Positions 19,701 to 27,348 of a DNA stretch of 27,348 bases are shown one piece after another. Numbering within the stretch: position 1 is the stretch's first letter; each line of letters starts with the position of its first letter. The translations under genes and the position numbers were made by a program. The notes under the pieces were generated by a model. That model was not told the origin of the DNA. It saw only the letters and a list, made by a program, of their open reading frames with translations, and did no database searches. Source of the DNA: Candidatus Methanomethylicia archaeon. Lineage in GTDB: Archaea; Thermoproteota; Methanomethylicia; CALHIW01. Location of the stretch: NCBI GenBank assembly GCA_038845975.1, contig JAWBQF010000033.1:1-27348 (forward strand), in the 5' to 3' direction.

Positions 19701-20982
19701 CAATAGGTTTAGATGATTCTGCTAAATGAAGGATTAAAAATCCATTTAATAATTTTGTTTCTTCTGCTTTATTGTTTGCTATGCCTATGTACTCTTTTAT
19801 TCTATGTTCTGAAATGTTTAGCCTTTGGCTTAACTCTTTTAAAGAATGTGGAACTGGCTCTCCTATTAACAATTGAATGAGTTTATTTAATAAATTAGTT
19901 TTCTCTTCATCATTCTTTACGCTTAAAACATTTGTAACCTTTTGTAAAATATCTCCATCCAAAGCTAAAGCTTGTGTGCCAAAAATCGGTAAGTTATAAT
20001 TTTTAAGTGCATTAATTATATCCCATCCATCTATTCTTTTTAAGTAACCCTCTTTTCCAGATTCCGATGCTTGATGTTTTGCGTATTCTATAACGTGCTG
20101 AAGAGTTTTAATCATACTTCTTGGACTTCTATGCCCAGCATAAATTATAGCATAGGCTGGCCCTGTATTAATAAATGGATGTTGTTCAGGTAATTTACCT
20201 TCATAAATATAATCGATTAGTCCGTACACGAATTTCACAGCCTCTTCTATTGAAGGACGTGGTAAATCAATTAGTGTAAGCCTTTCTAGTAATCCGCCCA
20301 TTTGGGCAGATGACCTAACTATCCTATTAAAAGCATCAGGAGTGCATGCCAATAGAAGATGTATATTGCCACGCAATATTTCTTTATCTTGATCGAATAA
20401 GCCCCTAACTCCTAATAGAAAATCTTCTCTAACAGAAAGTCTCTCAAGCTGCTCTAATTCATCGATAAAGAAAAAGATCTTACTGCTTTTTTTCATAAGT
20501 TGCTTAACTACTCTTGTTATGTATTGAGGGTCTGATTTTATTTCTTCATCACTTCTCCTAAAAAGCTCCGCTTCCCCATCTAATTTCCTCTCTTCCCATA
20601 CAGCATCAAAAAGGGAGGCTAAAAAAGCAATCCAAACAACCGAATCGCTTACTCCTTCTTTTTGTCTTTTCTCCAATACTCGTGCAATAGTTGTCGCAAT
20701 GACGTCGTACGTCAGTATTTTTTTCTCTTCCAACATAGGTTTAATGAAGTTCTCATAAGCATCTGTCTTTCCCTCTCCCCACCAAGCCTTAATAACACAA
20801 CCGTAAATTTTTTCGGCATTAAGGCATGAACTTATGAAAGTGAACAAATCTCTTTCTGCTTGGGCACGGCATGGTAGCTCAGCATACTTCCTAATTCCAG
20901 CTACAGGTACTCCAGTTACTGGTAAACTTTTAATTGGCGCATGAACAAAATTTTCTGAACCCTCTTCTTTAATATTTAACAT
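16781..20982 (-). pseudogene. Large (~1400-codon) P-loop/AAA+-like ATPase with coiled-coil and terminal winged-helix-like regions, split into six ORFs
   Basis: Walker A AWWGEGKT, Walker B FFFIDELEQ, LLERL and SPRSMI in 19306-20982. Downstream ORFs join by small indels near 19325-19290, 19215, 18810 and 18430. The 17724/17737 junction may be a frameshift or a real gene overlap. Confidence 0.7.
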
Positions 20983-21854
20983 TATACATCAACTTCTTTT
21001 AATTCATATGAGGGTAAGCCAGGAGCAATCTCCACTTTTCCTGCCTTTTGCTCAACTTTTCTATCAATTCCTTTCCTAATATGAGCCAATATAGGAAGTC
21101 CACTCTTAATAGCTTGACCAGTTATTATAACATCACCAGCATCCAGCCTTGTAAGTTTTCTTTCTAAAGATGTAGGTAAACCTCCCGTTACTCGTTTTAC
21201 AAATAGCTCATCTCCTGGCGCTATTCTATGAATAAAGAATGTATTGCACATACTGAGTATTACTTGGTCGACGTAAGAGGGGCGTTGTGTAAGTAAACAA
21301 AGGCATAAACCAAACTTCCTGCCTTGGGTTGCAATCTGTTGCAAAACATCTCTTGCTAATGAATAACCAATTTTATATTCGGCCAAGTTAGGAGAATAAT
21401 TTTGAGCTTCTTCAAGAATAAAGAGTAAAGATTTTTGCTTAGCCGGCATTGTTTTATATTCAATGAATCTTTTGAATAAAACATAGGCTATATAATAGAC
21501 TATAAATTGCTTTAAATGGAGCGGATACCCTGGTGCACCTGCAACTGTAAAATCAATAACCACCATTCCACCCTTATCGACAAGCTCATCAACTGTCGAA
21601 CAAGTGAAAGGCTCACGTGTTTTTCCAATCAAGCCATAGCTGTCAACAACGTCTCGTCTAAAAGTATCGAGTTGTCGCTGAATAGCAGAGGCTGTTTGAG
21701 GATGAATAGAAATACCTTCTGGTGGTTTTTCAAGGAGGTTATACAGTTGGTTATAGAGTCTTTTATTGGAAAATAAAACATTAACTGGCTTCAGAAATAC
21801 GTAGATTCTAACATGGTAGCTATAGGCACTATTGTATCCATGGATTTTACACAT
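20982..21854 (-). pseudogene. C-terminal part of a HerA/FtsK-superfamily ATPase
   Basis: Walker B FILEEAQNY, IATQGRKFG, LTQRPS, ILSMCNT and LDAGDVII. Walker A and N-terminal barrel absent. TAA overlaps the next ATG (TAATG). Confidence 0.85.
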
Positions 21855-22406
21855 TATAGGGGATATTTCGGAGACCGCCAGCTAAATATAAGAAACCTTG
21901 ATTTCATAATTGAGGCAATACAAATAATTAAATCTAAAACAAACTTTAAGATTCACTTAACGGGCTTAGGATCCTCTCCATTAACTCTCCACATAGCCTA
22001 TTATATCGGTGCTAATAGTATAGATTCTAGTGGGCATAGAAGAAAAGCAGCATATGGTAAAATAATTCTTCCAGAAAGAGGGGAAAGATATGTTGGACGA
22101 GGAGATGCAAGGTTCGGAGTTGTACACCTCAACGATGATGATGTTTACACCTTGCTACAATGTACATGCCAAATATGTAAAACCAACAGGAAACTTCTCT
22201 GGAGCGACTGGAAAGCTAGAGCCGTCCACAATAAATATGTGCTAGAAAAAGAAGCTGAGAAAGCATTCTCTCTCTTATCTACAGATAAACATGCATATGA
22301 AAAATACTTAGATAGTATCTTTGAAAAATCATCAGTTAAAGCCTTATGGAAATTTATTAAAAAAAGAGTAAAGCAACAAACTCTTACGTTATATCTTAAT
22401 TATTAA
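21813..22406 (+). pseudogene. C-terminal half of a tRNA-guanine-transglycosylase-like (TGT/DpdA-like) protein
   Basis: IHLTGLG, GANSIDSSG, AAYGKI and Zn site CTCQIC...HN. N-terminal DSGG-type half missing; no PUA domain. Confidence 0.8.
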
Positions 22407-22603
22407 AACCGTAAAACTCTTGCTAACCATTCAAAAACTTAATTCACATTACTCCTACTAGGAAATTTGATAAACAATATAAACTACGCAAATTGCTAAA
22501 CTCATTAACCTATTTTAAAATAATGGTTTTATGATGGGCTCCTAATAGTGATGTAGGTAGGGGAGGGGTTGAAAAACTAAACAATTTTTATTTCACCTCC
22601 TAA

Positions 22604-22824
22604 ACCTCCTCCTCTCCCACCAGCAATGAAGTAGTAGAGGGTGATGGGAAGGGGGAGGTAGCTAGTAATCTAGCCATCCAGCATAAGTGATGAAGCGGTA
22701 TGGGGGAAGCAGGATGGCAGCCCTCATACACTAAAGAGTCTATAGAATCTATAGAATCATAGAGTCGGAGACGATGAATACCCATCTCCACCAGCGATGA
22801 AGAGGGGGTGAGGGAGATGGGTAT
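22604..22824 (+). other. Array of three GC-rich hairpins with shared loop motif (candidate structured leader or ncRNA)
   Basis: Stems at 22604-22659, 22673-22718 and 22778-22824 (perfect 12 bp). All loops contain ATGAAG; hairpins 1 and 3 share CCACCAGCRATGAAG...GGGTGA.GGGA. Confidence 0.6.
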
Positions 22825-23992
22825 GAGTATAAGAATACTGAGAAACAGGAAAATAGTAGATATTAACCAGATAATCCAGCTATACAGGGAAGGATGCCCA
22901 AAACATAAAATAGCTGAAATCATGAAAATCAGTCCGAAAACAGCTAGCCGAATATTGATGGAAAACAATATTAAGAAGAGAATAGATGCACTGGAAAATG
23001 ACATAATTAATCTATATGGGAAGGGATACTCGGAAAGAGCGATTGCTAAAAGATTCAGAATATCACATGAAACAGTATCAAAAACCCTAAGGAAAAACAA
23101 TATTCCAAGATTAAAACCAGCACTCTTCCTAAAAATACGTAACACTAAGTACAGTAAAACACCATTCACAGAAACACTAGAGAGGCAAACAGAGCTGAAG
23201 GGATTAGCTCTAACAGACGCCTACGTCTTCAAATGGAGAGATAATATCCGAGTTTCAGTCACATCCCCAAACATATGCACACTAAACGTCTACTACACAA
23301 CATTTAAAAAATACACGGAAAGCATAATACTATTAGCACATAAAGTTACAAAGCCAGAAGTAGCAAATCACATGCCATACGGATTTACACTAATATTTAC
23401 ACTACATCCATCATTCAGCTTCCTCCTAGAACCGCTAACACTTAAAGAGCTTCTACCAGAAGAAGTACTACTAAAATTCATAGCTAGAGTTCTAGAAACA
23501 GATGGACATCTCTCCTATAAAATTTATAGAGGATTATGGGGTGATTATGTATATCCACGTATCGGTTTTAGTGAATATGCTCAGAAAAAGAAGAAGTGGA
23601 TAAATCAACTTAAAAAAGCATTAACATATACAGGCCTAATACAATTGGACCGGACAAATCGTCAAGAAATAAATAGTTGTGAACTATGTGGAGAAACTTG
23701 TATTCAAGTTATTCGAGAGATAAAGCTACAACACTTTGCAAGAGAGTGTAGAAGAAAAATACTATTACATGCAAATGAACATGGAGCTAATCAGTTCCTA
23801 GCTAAATGGAGAGAAATAAGAAGTATTGAAAAGAAATTAAGAGATCAAACAGTAAAACTAGCAAAGCAATACTATCAAAACTATAAATGTAGGAAGCTAC
23901 CAATCCAAATACTAGAGGAATTCCTAGAAACAGCTAAGGAAAAGTTTAAGGAGTTCAACATACCCTCCCCTACATCCAATTTGTTTATATAA
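22808..23992 (+). CDS. Free-standing protein with two N-terminal HTH repeats and a degenerate double LAGLIDADG domain
   Basis: HTH-like KIAEIMKISPKTASRIL and AIAKRFRISHETVSKTL; LAGLIDADG-like ELKGLALTDAY and FIARVLETDGHL. Start may be ATG 22817 or 22823. Confidence 0.7.
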   Translation: MREMGMSIRILRNRKIVDINQIIQLYREGCPKHKIAEIMKISPKTASRILMENNIKKRIDALENDIINLYGKGYSERAIAKRFRISHETVSKTLRKNNIPRLKPALFLKIRNTKYSKTPFTETLERQTELKGLALTDAYVFKWRDNIRVSVTSPNICTLNVYYTTFKKYTESIILLAHKVTKPEVANHMPYGFTLIFTLHPSFSFLLEPLTLKELLPEEVLLKFIARVLETDGHLSYKIYRGLWGDYVYPRIGFSEYAQKKKKWINQLKKALTYTGLIQLDRTNRQEINSCELCGETCIQVIREIKLQHFARECRRKILLHANEHGANQFLAKWREIRSIEKKLRDQTVKLAKQYYQNYKCRKLPIQILEEFLETAKEKFKEFNIPSPTSNLFI

Positions 23993-24003
23993 AAATTAGG
24001 GGA

Positions 24004-24948
24004 TTATTTTAGAATTTCCGATAAACGCTTAGTTAGTAAAGGTACGATTTTGTAGAGATCACCGACAACACCATAATCAGCATACTGGAATATAGGAGCA
24101 TTAGGATCCTTATTAATAGCAACAACAATACCAGCATCCATAATCCCCGCAATATGCTGCATCTGACCTGAAATACCTGTAGCCATATACATCTTCGGCC
24201 TAACCTTATGACCACTCAGACCCACCCATGCTTCTTCAGTTAGCCAACGTAGGTCTGCTGCTATTGGTCTTGAGCATCCTATTTGTGCTCCTATTGTTTC
24301 TGCTAGTTGGAATGCTATTTTTAGGTCTTCTTTGGTTTTGTATCCTCTTCCTACTGATATTATTAGTTCTGCTTCTTCTAGTTTTACTGCTGCTTTCTTT
24401 TTTTCTTCGATTTTTATTGTTTTTGTTTTTTTCTCTGTTTTTGTTGTTATGTTTATTATTTCTCCTGTTTTTTCTGTTGGTTTTGGTGGTTCGTATTTTC
24501 CTGGTGGTATGAGTACTATTGTTGGTGTTGTTGCTTCGTGGTATGCTGTTGCTTTTCCGCTTAGTATTATTCTTATGAATATTAGTTTTCCGTTTTTTGT
24601 TTCTATTCTTGCTATGTCTGATATTGTTCCTATTCCTAGTTGTTGGGCTGTTCTTGCTGCTGCGTCTTTTGTGTTTTTTGTACTTCTTATTGCTATTATG
24701 TCTGGTTTTGTTTGGTTGTATGTTTCTATTATTGCTGTTGTTGTTGTTTCTGGGTCTTTTATGTCTGCTTCTTTTGCTATGTATATTTTTTCTGCTCCTC
24801 TTTTTATGTATTCTTTTGCTTGTTCTTCTGTATATTGTCCTATTATTAGTGTTTCTGTTTTTACTTGTGGGATTAGTGTTGATATTTTTTCTGCGAATCC
24901 TAGTAGTTCTAGTCCTGTGTTTATGTCTGATACTGTTAGTATTTTCAT
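24004..24948 (-). CDS. etfA: Electron transfer flavoprotein subunit alpha
   Basis: IISVGRG, GCSRPIA, VGLSGHKVRP, GISGQMQHIAG, AINKDPNAPIF..ADYGVVGDL. Confidence 0.96.
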   Translation of the reverse strand: MKILTVSDINTGLELLGFAEKISTLIPQVKTETLIIGQYTEEQAKEYIKRGAEKIYIAKEADIKDPETTTTAIIETYNQTKPDIIAIRSTKNTKDAAARTAQQLGIGTISDIARIETKNGKLIFIRIILSGKATAYHEATTPTIVLIPPGKYEPPKPTEKTGEIINITTKTEKKTKTIKIEEKKKAAVKLEEAELIISVGRGYKTKEDLKIAFQLAETIGAQIGCSRPIAADLRWLTEEAWVGLSGHKVRPKMYMATGISGQMQHIAGIMDAGIVVAINKDPNAPIFQYADYGVVGDLYKIVPLLTKRLSEILK

Positions 24949-24952
24949 GGTT

Positions 24953-25759
24953 TCACCTTTTTGGGGTTATTATTCCTTCATCTATTAGTTTTTTGATTAG
25001 GTTTTCTGTGAGTTCTTCTGGTGTTTTTCCTTCTATCATTATGTTTTTTCTTTTTACTTTTACTCCTTCTATTAGGAATGGTTTTATTTTTGGTTCTACT
25101 TCTACTCCTATTTCTTTTAGTGTTATTTTCTTTAGTGGTTTCTTTATTGCCATTCTTATTTGGAGTAGTGTTGGTAGTCTTGGAACGTTTATTTCTCTTG
25201 TTACTGTTATTACTGTTGGTGTTGTTGTTTCTACTATTTCGATGTAGTCTTCTAGGTCTCTTTCCGCTGTTATTATGTTTCCTTTTAGTTCTATTTTTCT
25301 AGCATATGTGATGAGTGGTATGTTGAGTTCTGCAGCTATTCTTGCTCCTACTACTCCTGAGAATCCGTCTATTGTTCCTTCTCCTGCTATGATTAGGTCT
25401 GCTCCACCGATGTTTTTTATTGTTGCTGCTATTACGTTTGCTGTTGTTTTTGTATCTGCTTGTAGGAGTTTTTCATCTGCTATGAGTATTGCTTCATCAA
25501 CTCCCATGGCTAGTGCTTCTCTTAGGGGCATTTCGGCTTCTGATGCTCTTTTGGTAAGTGGACCCCATGTTAGGGCTGAGATTGATGTTATTTTGCCTCC
25601 ATGTTTCTCCTTTATTCTTACAGCTTCCTCTATGGCCATTCTGTCTATATCGCTTATTTTTAGTGGTGCTTCTTCGATGTAGGGTTTACCTGTTGATGGA
25701 TCTATTCGAAGCTGACCAACATCTATGGCTAGCTTAACTAGAACAATAATATTAACCAA
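24953..25759 (-). CDS. etfB: Electron transfer flavoprotein subunit beta
   Basis: TTG start; IIVLVK, AIEEAVRIKE, LREALAMGVD, DLIIAG..TIDG, INVPRLP. Directly upstream of etfA. Confidence 0.95.
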   Translation of the reverse strand: MVNIIVLVKLAIDVGQLRIDPSTGKPYIEEAPLKISDIDRMAIEEAVRIKEKHGGKITSISALTWGPLTKRASEAEMPLREALAMGVDEAILIADEKLLQADTKTTANVIAATIKNIGGADLIIAGEGTIDGFSGVVGARIAAELNIPLITYARKIELKGNIITAERDLEDYIEIVETTTPTVITVTREINVPRLPTLLQIRMAIKKPLKKITLKEIGVEVEPKIKPFLIEGVKVKRKNIMIEGKTPEELTENLIKKLIDEGIITPKR

Positions 25760-26224
25760 TAGTACCCCCGCTTTGGATTAAAGCTACAATATTTAAATCT
25801 TGCGAGGGAGTTTAGGTATGGTATATAGCCATGTTTAATACTTCCACCTTTAAAGTCTCAGCATTGCCACAAAAATCTTCTATGTAAGGTTCAAGAGGTG
25901 GTGTATGACGTTTGGAATATTAACAACTATCTTAACACAATAACTTGTCTCTATGGTTTCGAAATCTATTAAACATTTAACCGACATCTTAAGAGTTTTA
26001 CAAACATGATTTCAGCACACTATAGTCTCCGCGAAAATTCAAAGAAATGTACAGCAATTTTGGTTATGTACCATCATGGTATTTAGAAAGATGAAATAAA
26101 GGCGTAAGGAAGTACAATGAGTTTTTAGGTTACTGAAAAACCTCGTGTGTCTTATAGAGATATTTCTGGGCTTCTGATTTGAAGGGAGAGGCCTTTACAA
26201 TTTTATCAAAGAATTAGAGCTGAA

Positions 26225-26599
26225 ATCGTCAACAACGGCATGGTTGAGTCCTCAGTCTAGTCTACAAACCTTCTCAAGACAGATTTAGATCTTCTGTGCC
26301 AGATGGTCTGCTATGCTTGAATATGTGTGTATGAATGCTCTTCTTTATTCCAGTATTTTCCTTATCAACTTGAAGAACATAGTATATGCCTTCATATGAT
26401 AGTGGTATCCAATTGTATAATTTATTATATCTAGAATTGGTAACGAATAGAAAAGATTCTGGATCATCCCTTTTAGGGTTCTTCTTTAGCTGCTCCTTAA
26501 TGTAAGGAAGAAGTTCATAATTCTAATCGTTCTTTCACTAGTCTTTTCAGTAACTCTAACCTTAAAGCCATATATAAAGTAAGATGGGGAATCTGCATT
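26225..26599 (-). pseudogene. Tyrosine recombinase/integrase catalytic-domain remnant
   Basis: Hand translation KVRVTEKTSERTIR / DDPESFLF / PLSYEGIYYVL / GIKKSIHTHIFKHSR / RFVD*TEDSTMP matches GKTG, HPHxFRHSR and FGW...S.MP. 5' part cut by the IS at 26600. Confidence 0.75.
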
Positions 26600-27265
26600 G
26601 GTTCTGTCCGGATAAAAGTTGGGCTGGGTAATTAATATTATGGAGATTCCAGCCCAGTTAATAGATTGGGCTGGGAGCTTAAATATTTAAGGGGATAGAA
26701 AGCCGATTGAGCTGAAGGTGAAGGCTTTTCTACTATGGTTGATACTGAGCTCTTGTAGGAAAGCTTCTAGGCTTCTTGAGCTTTTGGAATTTGCCAGTAA
26801 TCTAAGAGTGGTGCTGGGGTTTAGAGCTATTTTGGAAGCTAAGGAATGGGGAAGCCAAAACAGTATTTAACCATAGCTATAGATGAAGATTGCTCAAGCT
26901 TAAAGAAGTTTGGGTTTATGCTGTCATAGATGTTGATACTAGGAGCTTGTAGAGATAAGGACCTGCCAGGAGCTCCTTAGCGACCAGGCTTTCCTTCAAA
27001 AGTACTTAAATGCATAAATAAGCTAAGGATAAGGTGTAAAGCCTCTTGGCTTGAGGAAGGGATTGAACATTGAGTTGGGCAAGAGAATCAAACAAATGGA
27101 GGGAAACTTCGTGGAAGGATCTTCGCTTACTTGAAGCATAGAACAGGCATATTCTCCCACAACATCAACTTAAAATACTCTTAGAAAGCTGAGAGAGAAA
27201 AGCCTAGCTTTAAATCATCTAAGAGCTTCTAAGAGCTTAAGTTCTACTATGACTTTCTGAGCCGA
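26600..27265 (+). mobile_element. Highly decayed IS6-family element
   Basis: Starts GGTTCTGTCCGGATAAAAGTT (IS6-type GGTTCTGT end). Fragments read RDRKPIELK, TIAIDE, VWVYAVIDVDTR and IFAYLKHRTGIFSHNI. Right IR not found. Confidence 0.7.
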
Positions 27266-27348
27266 GGAAACAAAGAGCAAGAGATAAGCTAAATAATCAA
27301 CAGCTCAATGAATACAGCAAGAGAAGAGCAAAACTAGAAAAGATAATT

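Noticed and set aside
22673-22718. Hammerhead ribozyme or canonical C/D-box sRNA
   Set aside because: GTGATGA is present, but there is no CUGAUGA/GAAA core and no properly placed CUGA box D.
22600-23169. 189-aa minus-strand ORF
   Set aside because: Overlaps the HTH-LAGLIDADG gene and the hairpin array on the opposite strand; no recognisable motifs.
24228-25682. Long Leu/Phe/Val/Cys-rich plus-strand ORFs resembling membrane proteins
   Set aside because: Antisense shadows of etfA/etfB; the A-poor plus strand rarely forms stop codons.
27266-27348. Right end of another IS5 copy at the window edge
   Set aside because: The window ends in ATAATT, as precedes AAGCCACAAAGC in the IS5 IR, but the diagnostic bases lie outside the window.

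Overview
AT-rich archaeal chromosomal window, most consistent with a TACK/Thermoproteota archaeon (TFB, Rpo12, aIF1, EF-2 outside the str operon, tRNA with a non-canonical BHB intron). About 0.1-12 kb is mostly intact housekeeping DNA: Hef/MPH1-like SF2 helicase, tfb, speB, rpoP, SUI1, NMN adenylyltransferase, HIT, DHH, EF-2 and tRNA-Gly(CCC), interrupted by decayed IS6 elements. About 12-27 kb is an accessory mosaic of IS5/IS6 remnants and truncated gene fragments, with a Holliday-junction-resolvase-like nuclease, a free-standing HTH-LAGLIDADG gene, etfBA and a tyrosine-integrase pseudogene. Most notable: (i) a decayed locus at 16.8-22.4 kb joining a TGT/DpdA-like transglycosylase, a HerA-like ATPase and a frameshift-split ~1400-codon P-loop ATPase/coiled-coil gene, a candidate DNA-modification-linked defence module; (ii) an IS6 with intact IRs and a 9-bp TSD carrying a cleanly inserted 292-bp sugar acetyltransferase fragment; (iii) three GC-rich hairpins sharing an ATGAAG loop motif in front of the LAGLIDADG gene, one covering its ribosome-binding region; (iv) a 19-nt tRNA intron at position 29/30. 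All calls come from reading motifs by eye; no database searches were run.
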